A DNA stretch of 64,000 bases from the NCBI RefSeq assembly GCF_964204645.1, contig NC_134030.1, positions 17,940,210 through 18,004,209 of the forward strand, given 5' to 3'. A model generated the notes under the pieces. That model was given only the letters and a program-made list of their open reading frames with translations. It had not been told where the DNA came from and searched no databases. This stretch comes from Tubulanus polymorphus. Lineage: Eukaryota > Animalia > Nemertea. This document shows, piece by piece, positions 23,396 through 36,620 of the stretch (the first letter of the stretch is position 1; every line of letters starts with the position of its first letter). Both the position numbers and the translations under genes were made by a program.

Positions 23396-24340
23396 CTAAG
23401 GGGCTGCCCATGGTGACCCCATCAACTTGCTTGAAAATACGATCATTGTACATGAACATGAAACCGAAGTTGCGATTTTCAGTAATTCTTTGAATGTAGC
23501 CTGATCATATGAAGGTTTAGAGTCGGGATTGTTCATGTACAATGATCGTATTTTCAAGCAAGTTGATGGGGTCACCATGGGCAAATTTTGAAATCAAGAC
23601 AGAACTCAGAACTCAGAACCTAAACCGAAACCTGTTGATGAAGATGGTATTAATTTCATTACCGTATATTGGTAACCCGTCAATCCTATTTGCCCGAAAA
23701 TTAAAACATCTATTTAAAAGGAATTTTGTCATCAACTTGAAATGCGCATTCACTACGACCAAAATTAAGAATTTTTTCTCTTTGAAATGTGCTACCCCTA
23801 AATCGCTGAAGGCTAAAGTAATATATAAATGTAATTGTTTATGTGATATAAACACTTCCTATATTGGGAAAACTAAACGACATTTGGCCATCAGGATTAG
23901 AGAACACAGGTCAAAGACTTCTGCGATTGGACAACATCTCGCAATTTGTCACACTTGTGATCAGGAATTCAGTGACAACAAATTCAAAATTCTAGACAAA
24001 AGGTTCATCTGATCTCGACTGTAAAATTATGGAGGCCCTGTTTATTAAAGCGCAACGACCCTCTTTAAATCAACAATTATTTCAAAACGGCTCATCCTTT
24101 ATCCTAAATGTATTCAAATAATTAGCTTGTAATTAGATACTTGGTTTGTAATTAGTTTAGAATTTAGCACTTGTAATTTTGTAACTTATGTTGTATATAA
24201 ACCTGTAGTTTAATCATTTTATTCACTTGTATTTCACCCGATGAGGGGATATGATCCCGAAAACGTTCGTGTTAATAAACTGTATTTACTCATTAGAAAA
24301 TTAGGTTTTTAGTGTTATCGCTTCTATGGTTATTCGAATA
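23396..24340 (+). mobile_element. Truncated Penelope-like retroelement (inverted RT fragment, GIY-YIG endonuclease, pLTR with hammerhead)
   Basis: RT-like FKQVDGVTMG; GIY-YIG VIYKCNC..SYIGKTKRHLAIRIREH; hammerhead followed by AATAAA. Confidence 0.85.
24235..24271 (+). ncRNA. Penelope minimal hammerhead with a core substitution (CCGATGA)
   Basis: CAC-CCGATGA-G-GGGAT atg ATCCC-GAAAACGTTC-GTG. Confidence 0.6.
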
Positions 24341-25067
24341 CTTGAACTCTCTTCCTAAGAACTACTTCCCTGATTTGGCTAAGGCTTGAGAGGCAGATTC
24401 TCACCTTCGGTAGATCAGTAGTTGAATGATCTGAAACGAGAAATAACCAACCGAATTAGAAAAATCAGGCTTCGATCTCATACATCAAGCCTAGTTTTCA
24501 CGAACGCTTCCACGCTGAAAGATCCTGATTACATGAACGCTTCCACGCTTCCACGCCCCGATCAGGAAAAAGCAACTCGGCTTGAAATTGAATGTGCCCT
24601 TTTGTTTAAAATCATTTGCCTCGCCTTATTAAAATGTTACCTTCTCTACTTTTGGGATCGATATAGCGACGACTGAATGTGCCCTGCTATTAAATGTATT
24701 AAATGTAATAAATATTTCTAAAATAATTTACGCAGATATGATATTCTAATGTATAAAATATTAATGTATAAAATATTACGCTCCATGTTGGAGCGATAAT
24801 GAACATCTCACAATACAGAAAAGAAAAATAAGTCTGGAAGCTTTTCTTGAGCTATACATTATTCCGACATTTCACTTCTTTGGGGAATACTGAAAAGTTC
24901 CTGAAGATGACTAATAGGATACAGTAAAATGTCAAATAAAGTGTAACTCGAGAATGTATTCTTCTTTTCCGTATTGTGGGATTTTTACCGCATTATGGCC
25001 GCAGAGAGTTAACTATACTTTCAACAAACTTTTAAGCTACTGGCCTCATGACAGAGAATAAACTTAC

Positions 25068-25316
25068 CTGGACATATTTTTACGTCGCAGTATTCCCAAC
25101 GTACCGCGGGATCAGTGGTATAACACCAGGGTCCTCCTGTTGTATTGTCGGGGTTCCTACAATAATTCGCAGCCGTATTCCGGTCGGAGAGCATATTGTA
25201 ACGGTCATGTTTGTGAGGTGATCGAGAATTCCAGGCTTGACACGTTTTCCCAGATAGCACTTGATTCAAAGTTCCCCTGTATTCTCTTCCCATCGTGGTC
25301 ATTTTGCATTCTTTAA
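25068..25316 (-). CDS. Kringle-domain exon (249 nt, phase 1-1)
   Basis: C..GREYRG..SGKTCQAW..NYCRNPD..GPWCYTTDPAVRWEYC; tttcag acceptor, gtaag donor. Confidence 0.9.
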
Positions 25317-26391
25317 CTGAAATTTGTCACGGCGTAGGATGTTAACTAAGAGATATAACTACATTAACTAAACGAGAGTGCATTTGTTTGTCCGTTGTGG
25401 CCAGTGAATTATCCGAAAATATCTCTTTAACGCACAAATCGACATACGGAAACTTCAATTGTCATACGAAACACTTATCGTGTGGAAATGACTAAATAAT
25501 GATGTTGTTCGTAGGTTCAGTTGTGGTAGGCAAAACAAGTTCTGCTGTCTTGCTTTCAGATGTCGTTATTGGTTGGCCACATGGTTTGTCTTCAGAAAAA
25601 TAATGTGCGTGTGAAAGTAACTAGGAGTCCAGGGACACGATACCCACTTGGGAAGAGGTTTAAAATGCTCAACAATCTAACAATTCCAATGGTCAACTCC
25701 CCTGGTGACCATATACAAAGACCAATGACCTGGAAACTCACCACAATCATAGAACATCTCAGCGGCTACAATTTTGCAATTGATTGTGGTAACAAAATAT
25801 GCACAGGTACGAATATAATAACGAAATACTAAGTTATTGTATTATTCAACGCCCCTGCGAATGAAAGTTAAAACCACAACAGGTGTCAGTTGTCCAAAAG
25901 TGAGTTGAACTTTGCTTATCCTGTGGATAATTGACGTAGTGAAAATAATACTACATTGTTACCGTAGTATTATCAGAAACCAGATTCAAAAAGGTTTTGT
26001 GAGTAAAAACATAGTTATACTACTGTGTCAATTGTCGCTGTGGCATTCATTCCCAGTTAATTTCAATCAAATTCTTAGCAACTTGACCCTGATGATCCTG
26101 ACCAAACACTGTGTCCGGATAGTGAACATCTCACAATACAGAAAAGTAAAATAAGTCCGAAATCTTTTCTTGAGCTATACATTATTCCGACATTTTACTT
26201 CTTTGGGGAATACTAAAAAGTTCCTGGAGATGACTAATAGGATACAGTAAAATGTCAAATAAAGAGAAAACTCGAGAATTAATTTTTCTTTTCTGTATTG
26301 TGGGATCTTTACCGCGTTATGGCTGCAGGCAATTAACTATACTTACAGCAAACTTTAAAGTTACTGGCCTCATGACAGAGAATTTATTTAC

Positions 26392-26640
26392 CTGGACATA
26401 TTTTCACGTCGCAATATTCCCAACGTACCGCGGGATCAGTGGTATAACACCAGGGTCCTCCTGTTGTATTGTCGGGGTTCCTACAATAATTCGCAGCCGT
26501 ATTCCGGTCGGAGAGCATATTGTAACGGTCATGTTTGTGAGGTGATCGAGAATTCCAGGCTTGACACGTTTTCCCGGATCGCACTTGATTCAAAGTTCCC
26601 CTGTATTCTCTTCCCATCGTGGTCATTTTGCATTCTTTCA
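26392..26640 (-). CDS. Kringle-domain exon (249 nt)
   Basis: Same kringle motifs and splice sites. Confidence 0.9.
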
Positions 26641-27633
26641 CTGAAATTTGTCACGGCGTAGGATGTTAACTAAGAAATATAACTACATTAACTAAACGAG
26701 AGTGCATTCGTTTGTCCGTTGTGGCCAGTGAATTATCCGGACATATCTCTTTAACGCACGAATCGACTTACAGAAACTTCAATTGTCATATGAATCACTT
26801 ATCGCGTGGAAATGATAAAATGAGGATGTTGTTTGTAGGTTCAGTTGTGGTAGGCAAAACAAGTTTTGCTGTCTTGCTTTCAGATGTCGTTATTGGTTGG
26901 CCACATGGTTTGTCTTCAGAAAAATAATGTGCGTATGAAAGTAACTAGGAGTCCAGGGACACGATACCCACTTGGAAAGTGGTTTCAAATGCTCAACAAT
27001 TTAACAATTCCAATGGTCAACTCCCCTGGTGACCATATACAAAAATCACAATTTTGCAATTGATTGTGGTAACAAGATATGCACAGGTACGAATATAATA
27101 TCGAAATACTAAGTTATTGCATTATTCAACGCACCTGCGAATGAAAGTCAAAACCACAACAGGTGTCAGTTGTCCAAAAATGAGTTGAACTTTGCTTATC
27201 CTGTGTATAATTGACGTAGTGAAAATGGTACTACATTGTTACCGTAGTATTATCAGAAACAAGATTCTGTCAATTGTCGCGGTGGCATTCATTCCCAGTT
27301 AATTTCAATCAAATTCTTAGCAACTTGCCCCTGATGATCCTGACCAAACACTGTGTCCGGATAGTGAACATCTCACAATACAGAAAAGAAAAATAAGTCC
27401 GAAAGCTTTTCTTGAGCTGTACATTATTCCGACATTTTACTTCTTTGGGGAATACTGAAAAGTTCCTGAAGATGACTAAAAGGATACAGTAAAATGTCAA
27501 ATAAAGAGAAAACTCGAGAATTAATTTTTCTTTTCTGTATTGTGAGATCTTTACCGCATTATGGCCGCAGACAATTGACTATACTTACAGCAAACTTTTA
27601 AGCTACTGGCCTCACGACAGAGAATTTATTTAC

Positions 27634-27882
27634 CTGGACATATTTTCACGTCGCAGTATTCCCAACGTAACGCGGGATCAGTGGTATAACACCAGGGTCC
27701 TCCTGTTGTATTGTCGGGGTTCCTACAATAATTCGCAGCCGTATTCCGGTCGGAGAGCATATTGTAACGGTCATGTTTGTGAGGTGATCGAGAATTCCAG
27801 GCTTGACAAGTTTTCCCGGATCGCACTTGATTCAAAGTTCCCCTGTATTCTCTTCCCATCGTGGTCATTTTGCATTCTTTCA
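27634..27882 (-). CDS. Kringle-domain exon (249 nt)
   Basis: Same kringle motifs and splice sites. Confidence 0.9.
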
Positions 27883-28958
27883 CTGAAATTTGTCACGGCG
27901 TAGGATGTTAACTAAGAAATATAACTACATTAACTAAACGAGAGTGCATTCGTTTGTCCGTTGTGGCCAGTGAATTATCCGAAAATATCTCTTTAACGCA
28001 CAAATCGTCATACGGAAACTTCAATTGTCATATGAATCACTTATCGTGTGGAAATGATAAAATGAGGATGTTGTTTGTAGGTTCAGTTGTGGTAGGCAAA
28101 ACAAGTTTTGCTGTCCTTGCTTTCAGATATCGTTATTGGTTGGCCACATGGTTTTTCTTCAGAAAAATAATGTGCGTATGAACGTAACTAGGAGTCCAGG
28201 GACACGATACCCACTTGGAAAGAGGTTTCAAATGCTCAACAATCTAACAATTCCAATGGTCAACTCCACTGGTGACCATATACAAAGACCAATGACCTGG
28301 AAACTCACCACAATCATACACCATCTCAGCGGCTACAATTTTGCAATTGATTGTGGTAACAAAATATGCACAGGTACGAATATAATAACGAAATACTAAG
28401 TTATTGTATTATTCAACGCCCCTGCGAATGAAAGTTAAAACCACAACAGGTGTCAGTTGTCCAAAAATGAGTTGAACTTTGCTTATCCTGTGGATAATTG
28501 ACGTAGTGAAAATGATACTACATTGTTACCGTAGTATTATCACAAACCAGATTCAAAAAGGTTTTGTGAGTAAAAACATAGTTATACTACTGTGTCAATT
28601 GTCGCTGTGGCATTCATTCCCAGTTAATTTCAATCAAATTCTTAGCAACTTGCCCCTGATGATCCTGACCAAACACTGTGTCCGGATAGTGAACATCTCA
28701 CAATACAGAGAAGAAAAATAAGTCCGAAATCTTTTCTTGAACTATACATTATTCCGACATTTTACTTCTTTGGGGAATACTGAAAAGTTCCTGAAGATGA
28801 CTAATAGGATACAGTAAAATGTCAAATAAAGAGAAAACTCGAGAATTAATTTTTCTTTTCTGTATTGTGGGATCTTTACCGCATTATGGCCGCAGGCAAT
28901 TAACTATACTTACAGCAAACTTTTAAGTTACTGGCCTCATGACAGAGAATTTATTTAC

Positions 28959-29211
28959 CTGGACATATCTTCACGTCGCAGTATTCCCAACGTAACGCGG
29001 GACCAGTGGTATAACACCAGGGTCCTCCTGTTGTATTGTCGGGGTTCCTACAATAGTTCGCAGCCGTATTCCGGTCGGAGAGCATATTGTAACGGTCATG
29101 TTTGTGAGGTGATCGAGAATTCCAGGCTTGACAAGTTTTCCCGGATCGCACTTGATTCAAAGTTCCCCTGACTGTATTCTCTTCCCATCGTGGTCATTTT
29201 GCATTCTTTAG
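28959..29211 (-). pseudogene. Kringle exon with a 4-bp frameshifting insertion (253 nt)
   Basis: Extra actg at ~29171 relative to the other copies. Confidence 0.85.
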
Positions 29212-30032
29212 CTGAAATTTGTCACGGCGTAGGATGTTAACTAAGAAATATAACTACATTAACTAAACGAGAGTGCATTCGTTTGTTCGTTGTGGCCAGT
29301 GAATTATCCGAAAATATCTCTTTAACGCACAAATCGACATACATAAACTTCAATTGTCATATGAATCAATTATCGTATGGAAATGATAAAATGAGGATGT
29401 CGTTTGTAGGTTCAGTTGTAGTAGGCAAAACAAGTTCTGCTGTCTTGCTTTCAGATGTCGTTATTGGTTGGCCAAATGCAATGTTTTCAAAATAATAATG
29501 TGCGTATGAAAGTAACTAGGAGTCCAGGGACACGATACCCACTTGGAAAGTGGTTTCAAATGCTCAACAATCTAACAATTCCAATGGTCAACTCCCCTGG
29601 TTACCATTTACAAAAACCAATGACCTGGAAACTCACCACAATCATAGAACATCTCAGCGGCTACAATTTTGCAATTGATCGTGGTAACGAAATATGCACA
29701 GGTACGAATATAATAAACGCAGTTTATATTTTGTGACTTTCTCAAAATGTATCAAAAATTTAACTAAATTTTAGTCCATAAGTCCACAAATATTCATAAA
29801 TGAACAGTTAAAAATTGTTGAAACTTGTCGACTCTGCCGTAAAGTCAACCTATTAACAGTCCGGAATGTGGGATAATGTCGGGCTTAAGAGAACATTATT
29901 TCCCCGAGGTCTTCACATTTACGGAAAAGATTACGTAAGTGATTCACGAGCAGCGCGTGATAGGCACACAATAGGAATCTGAGCCGCGCGTTCTTTGAGT
30001 GTCACCAATTAAGGGGACCCCTATTGTGAAAA

Positions 30033-30192
30033 TTGACCTTGGGAGGAATATTCCTCCCAAAGTCAATCGATGGAAACTTGACCAAGGGGTTCGATATTCA
30101 AACAATTGACTTTGGGAGGAATATTCCTCCCAAGGTCAAACGAAGAGAATTTGACCTTCAGGTCTGATATTCAAAGTATTGACTTCGGGAGG
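30033..30192. repeat. Two 34-bp near-perfect palindromes plus a partial third, 73-bp period
   Basis: ttgaccttgggaggaatattcctcccaaagtcaa at 30033 and its exact reverse complement at 30106. Confidence 0.85.
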
Positions 30193-30449
30193 TGTACACC
30201 TTGGACTACAGTTTTTTTTCATTTAATAAATCATCTTAAAAACATATATGCGTAGGTGAAGAAGGTCCTTGTAATGCACTCAGTGACTTGTTTACAGGAA
30301 AGAAGCAGGAAAAGGGAGGATCAGTCCAAACAAATCGAACAATGTTCTGTTTCGCCCTCTCAACCTTTAACCAACTATCATTGTGAGCCAACTATCATTT
30401 TTTATGATCACGACCTCTCGACCATTGGCCTGAACCAACTATTATACAA

Positions 30450-31640
30450 TAACTAATGATGATGAATATGATGATGATTTTAGTGGAAATAGTGATCATG
30501 AAGAATGTAAATATGATATTGAAACAAATGAAAAATTAATAGATTATTTTTAAGCTGCCGATAGGAAAGTAATTAAAACTAGAAAAGAAAGAAAATCCTA
30601 TATTGCAAAAAGATTTATTAATCATAAAACATAGTGTAACAAATACAGTTATTGATGAAATATTACCAAAAGATGTAACATATAACATTGAACCAGAAGA
30701 TATTTCAGAACATATTAGAAAAGATGATCAATTTTTCATGTCTAATTTAGAGTTTAAAAATGATTCCTGGGTTTATAATCTTGTATTTATATTATCTAAA
30801 ATGGGGCAAGAAGATCTGTTCCATCCTGGAATGTTAGCAAGATCTACAATTGAAAAATCAAAAGGTGGTACAGAATTTATCAGAATTATATGGAATGCAG
30901 TCGAAAAAGTAAATGAAGAAGAACCAATTAAGAATATTGATAATAACAAATATTCACCATTTAAAAATCCAAATCTAAATCCTTTTGATGTTGATCCAGA
31001 AATGGAAGAGTATGGAGATCGATTAGATAAATTAAGAACTTCAACACCAGAAACATCGAGAAGAGACACTCAACCAATTAGTAATGATTCAATTACAAGT
31101 AGTAATAGAAAAACAAATTGATAGACTGAATAATTCAGAAGAACAGATAAATAGTACTTTAGATACATCTGGTACTGGAACCGAATAAAATCAAATGCAA
31201 CTTTTATTAGAAAAAGGATTTATTGATTTAACTGATGAAGATTTAGAGACATTTCCTGAACAAGCACGTAGAAAAATTAAAGGTTTACAAAAATCACCTG
31301 ATAAAATTGCACACGATGAAATGATTAGCGATAAAAAAATTTATACTTTAGAGGATGAATTAACTAAATCAAGAAAAAATTAAAACAATTAAGTGTGATT
31401 TAGAGTAATTGATCAAGTAATTGATGAAATTGAATATAGACAAAAAGAATTAAGTTTAGAAAAAGAAATTGATGATTTAAAAAATTAATTGAGAATTACA
31501 GAAAGAAGAAAAAGATTTATTATTATAAAATCATATGATTATAATATTAATAGATAAAAAGTTATTTTTAAAGATTTGTTAATTAAACCAAATTCTGAAA
31601 TATCATTGAAAGATGAATGTCAGAAAACCCTAATTAGTTA
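30450..31640 (+). mobile_element. Degraded AT-rich viral or Maverick-like coding relic
   Basis: Composition and codon style match the Maverick ORFs; broken K/E/N/I-rich frames; no diagnostic motif recognised. Confidence 0.35.
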
Positions 31641-32540
31641 TAACTTAGTTTGCATTGAGTGTACTGATATCAGTTCACCATCTGGTGTACATGAATAGAC
31701 CATTGTTAAAATTGAATTACTGATCGATTAACTTTTATCGAGCTTAAACCACAGTGTTATCGCCGTGATATTGATTCATGAAATTTTCAACGCTCGTACA
31801 CTTGTAAAGCAATACCACAATGGGCTGAGCTCGCTCACCGTTAATCTTGGCTGTATTTAACCGTTGTTCCATTACTTTTCGAATACTTATCTGAATAGTA
31901 AGCACTTGTTCAACTCTTCTTGATCATTATTCCTGGTTTCTCAACCTGCAATTTTTTTGCTTTTGTCCGTCCATTATCTCCTATTCAAACTTGTATAAAT
32001 TGTCAAGTATTCTTAGAATGTTGGTCATTCGAAATAAAGCTATAATACAGTCCATGTCTACGTCGTCGTTGTAACTGTTATTAGTAGATGTAGGGATTTT
32101 CGTGCTCCCCCTACACACAGTTTCTAATTTCATTGCATAATTTACATGATAAAAAGAAAAAATATATAATTCCCATTAGACTAGCAAGAACAATTTTAAG
32201 ATATATGTCTAATCTAAAGCAAACGGAAACTGTTTATCCAAAGCGAAATTGAAATGTCACCCAGCCCTCTACATCCCCGATTATAGCTCTAATACAAATA
32301 CATATTTTCATAAAAAACTTGGTAAAGAACCTTAATGAACGGCGTTAATCAACCGTAAATCCAGTAAATACCAAGGCAAAAGTGATTAATTGATTACGTA
32401 ATTGATTTCCAGTGATAATATATTTAATTAGTATTTGTGAGTTCAAAACATTCACTCACATCCATGTGTTTGAATGTTTTCTAATAACTACTTAACCCAA
32501 ACGTAATTATCTAATTTAATTAATTCAATTACAATAGAAC

Positions 32541-33880
32541 ATGGCAGAATTCATTAAAACAGGGAAAAGCGGATTTAAGCTATGTCTAAATACCTACATG
32601 GACGTAAAGAAATATACTACACAAAAAGCAAATAAGATGGAACAGTGTGAAAAACAAAACTGATGGGTGTCGTGGTGCTATTATAACAGATCAACAAATG
32701 GAAAATCCGATGGAAACAGTGTACCATAACGATTTCGTCGATACCACTGCTGTAGCAGCCACCAAAACAAGATCGACTTGGCGATGAAGAAAATCACATC
32801 AGATGCAACCGCAAATAATCCAGTCCAAATATATAGCAGGGTTATGATAGAAGTTGATGATAGTGGTGCCAGGGCTCGAATGGCAAGGGAAGAAGTTTGC
32901 AAAAGGTCAACTCGTCGAGAAAAAAAGGAGAATCTACCTAAAGAAACTCGAGGAACTAGTCATCGAAAGAAAAAGGGCTTCTACCTCCCTTGACGATGGA
33001 CAAGACGAACGATTTTAACTTTACGACAACAGAACCGCAGAACGGCGGCGAATAGCAATATTTGCAACCGAAAATGGTATTGGGAAATTTGGAGAAGCAA
33101 GAGCATGGTTCATGGAAGGATTCTTTTCGATGGCCCCACCATTATTTGAATAGGTTTCTACGTCATTCGGGTGCCACTCGTAGAAACTGCAATTACAGCC
33201 GCGTATTGTCCAATAAGAGAGAATTTACAGAGAAAATGAATTTACTGCAAGCTAAAAACCTCGGATTTAAAGATTTTGGCGCTAAAAAGAATACGTTATC
33301 TCAGAGTGAAAACAAGAGACATTCTGAATGACAAGAGACATTGCTTTCGTACTCATTACATTAAGTTTGTAAAAATTGTTCTCTATTTCGATTTTGTAGG
33401 TAAGAAGAGAGGGGGAAACACGGGAGTTCTTTCCAGATCCGGAGTTTATCATGGCAGACTTTGAAAAGGCAGTTCCAAAACGCCGTGTACACTACATTCG
33501 ATGGTCTAGTTGAAATAAAGGGGTGCTTTTTTCATCTGACGCAGTCAACATGGAGGAAAATACAACAGTTTGGGGCTAACACAATTGAACAAATAGGATG
33601 ATGCACGTACAAACAATATTTGCGTATCGTGGAACTGCAACTTTTTTTGATATCGTTTGGCATCATCATCCCTCAATTTGGCGAACTCCTGCCAGCTTTC
33701 AACAGGACAATGCGTCGGTTTCGGGGGCAATTGCACAGGATAATATCGGACAACGCCCAACCAAACGAGTACGCCGCAATTATGTCGCCCTTCAACTCCA
33801 TTTGAAAAATCTGTGTGAAGATTATAATACTGAACAAAAAGGGAATTTCTTCGTGGGATCGGGTATAATATGCGGCTATT
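32541..33880 (+). mobile_element. Degenerate FLYWCH-MULE (Mutator) transposase
   Basis: MAEFIKTGKSGFKLCL start; IMADFEKA and IKGCFFHLTQSTWRKIQ motifs in broken frames. Confidence 0.7.
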
Positions 33881-34629
33881 AATTAAACTTATTATAATAT
33901 CAAATGTATATTATATCAACTTATCAGTCATTCTGTGTTATTATTGAAAATAACTTTGTATGATCATTATTATCATTTAAATTATCTACTTTTTTATCTC
34001 TGTAAAAGAATCATCTGTGCTGCAGATTATGTGACTTTCTTTTTCTGTACATTGATTTCTATGTTCAAAACACTTGAAAGTCATAAATGAAATGAAATAT
34101 TTCTTGATTAAAAAGTATGCATTGCTAAGTGATTCTTGTTTAATAAAGTTGTCTTTGTTTCTATCTATCTATATCACTTAAGTCTAAGAACTAATTTCCT
34201 TGCAATGAAAGGTGAACAGAAATCAGCAGCTGCGCACTGAGATGTAATCAATAATTAGTGTCTATAACTTATTATTAGATTGGATCAAAGGCCCAGGGGT
34301 ATATTGAATTCAACACATAATCAAGCACGGGTATCCTTAAATAATTGAACAACGAAATAACATAACTTGTATTCCATACATCCACATTCCTGAAATACTA
34401 GAATTGGATTCACAATGAACAATGTATTTTTGTACAACGAATATTGATATTTAATTTAGTGATACTTTAGTGAAACTTTACATCGACGGCAAACTGTTCA
34501 AAGGGAACGGCAGCGAATTCACCTGCGAACAGCCTACACCCCAGGCCCCAACTGCGGAAAATTCGCAAGAAAGAGACCAAACCGACCCGACACCGGGTTA
34601 GGATCCAAAAAGTGCGGTGATAAAAATAT

Positions 34630-36195
34630 GCCATGTAAACATTCACGGCCTGTTCAACAGAAATAACAATGTCAGAATTTGCAAACTTGCTACCTGACGT
34701 TCTCAACTTATTCAATAATAATGATATCGTGCTGATATCAGAAACATGGAATTCCGCCGAAACAGCGTCCAAACACCAGTATGTATCGCCCGTTCATATC
34801 AGCCGCGCACAAGCGGATACAATGACTGTATTACGAACTGAAATTCTGGCGTATTCAATCGAAGGGAATGTACTTGTTCTCGGAGACTTCAATTCCAGAA
34901 CGGCAAATAAATTGGGTCCCATTGTAGATGAAATTGGTAATAAAACAGATGCTAATGAAAATCTATTCACTAATAACAATTTGATATACTTAGAAAACGA
35001 TATTAATCTTAGCACACAAAGAAGCTCATGTGATGAAATTTGCAACGATTATGGAAACGATCTATTAGAATTATGTAAGTACCCAATCTTTCATTCTTAA
35101 TTAACGGAAAAGCGTTTAATGACAAAGATTTGGGTAAATTCATGTTTCCAACCGAATGGAAAGAGTACGTTGGACTATTACACAAAATAAACTCAGATGC
35201 ACTACGCATTATACGAGATTTTGAAATCTCCGATTTAAATCATTTCACAGATCATGCCACGGTTTTTGTTTCTATCGGTAAAAGCTTAGAACCACGGTAC
35301 ATGACCACAGTTCTTTACATAGTAATCCAGAGTATAATGCCTTACCGGAGCGTATAACCTGGAACAAACTAACACAGAACAGATTCTTAGAAACCGTTCA
35401 GAGCGATGATTTCATAAATCAACTAACCCACTGCATGGATAATCTAATCTATAAAGAATCTCCTAATACAAATGTCGTCAACGAAGCTACTTATAATATA
35501 ACCAATCTCTTATCGTCCGGGGGCCAGTTGCTCAAAGGTTGGTCAGAGTTAACTAGTGGATAATTGACATAGTGACAATTAAAAGTTCATTGTATCTATG
35601 GTAGCTATCCGCTGGTTATCTTTAACCAACTTTCCAGCAACTGGCCCCTGGTATGATGGAAATACTCGGCATGCTGCGGGACCAATCAGACGCCGGATAA
35701 GACGTCGTTAATTTAATAGAAATTGCTCCATAGCCAGGAATAAATTTAGCAAAGCGAATGGGCTCTACCACAACCAACTCAATCTTAACAATTTACGAGA
35801 CATACCAACCAAACGTAAGCGTTACAGAAAGATAATATCTATAGCAAAAATCCGCAACGAGAAAAAAGATAGCTAAAAAACTTAAAAATGCTTTATCTCA
35901 AAATGACACTAAGTCTTTTTGGAAGATTTTAAAATCATTTGAAACTCGACACGCAGATAAAAATGAGAACTGCCCAAATTTAGCTAAATTCGAAACTTTT
36001 TTTCGCGGAATAATTCAATCTGAATCAAACGATGACATTGATCCTGATCCTTTGCTTAATGAAAATGATACGGAAACTATTAATATGCCTCACGATCTAG
36101 ACATCCCCATAACTAGAGATGAAGTTTTAAGAACGATAAGAAATCTTAAAAAAAGGCAAATCACCGGGTCTTGATAATATCCTACCAGAAATATC
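34630..36195 (+). mobile_element. Degenerate non-LTR retrotransposon ORF2 (APE endonuclease to start of RT)
   Basis: NIHGL, DIVLISETW, VLGDFNSRT, TDHA, then PITRDEVLRTIRNLK..KSPGLDNILPE; cut off by the 73-bp repeat element. Confidence 0.8.
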
Positions 36196-36197
36196 CC

Positions 36198-36620
36198 TGT
36201 GAAGCTGGCTCCCGGTTCCCGGTTCCTTATTCGGCTCCCGATTCAAAATGCTGTTGAACCGGGAGCCGAATCGGGAACCGGGAACCGGGAGCCGGCTACT
36301 GGTTCAGCTCCCGATTCAAAATGCTTTTGACCCGGGAGCCGAATCGGGAATCGGGAACCGGGAGCCGGCTACTGGTTCAGCTCCCGATTCAAAATGCTTT
36401 TGACCCGGGAGCCGAATCGGGAACCGGGAACCGGGAGCCGGCTACTGGTTCAGCTCCCGATTCAAAATGCTTTTGAACCGGGAGCCGAATCGGGAACCGG
36501 GAGCCGGCTACTGGTTCAGCTCCAGATTCAAAATGCTTTTGAACCGGGAGCCGAATCGGGAACCGGGAACCGGGAGCCGGCTACTGGTTCAGCTCCCGAT
36601 TCAAAATGTGAAGCTGGCTA
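36198..36620 (+). repeat. 73-bp GC-rich tandem repeat (gggagccgaatcgggaaccggg...) of a dispersed family; also at 51613-51850 and 52558-52650
   Basis: Five units; the shared tail aaaatgtgaagctggcta(c/g)ttattcg recurs at 36603, 37358, 51830 and 52633. Confidence 0.85.

Larger units (their letters stand above)
24800..29716. repeat. Tandem array of ~1.24-1.33-kb units (~3.8 copies), each with a kringle exon
   Basis: Exon periods 1324, 1242 and 1325 bp; intron sequence is conserved between units. Confidence 0.95.
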
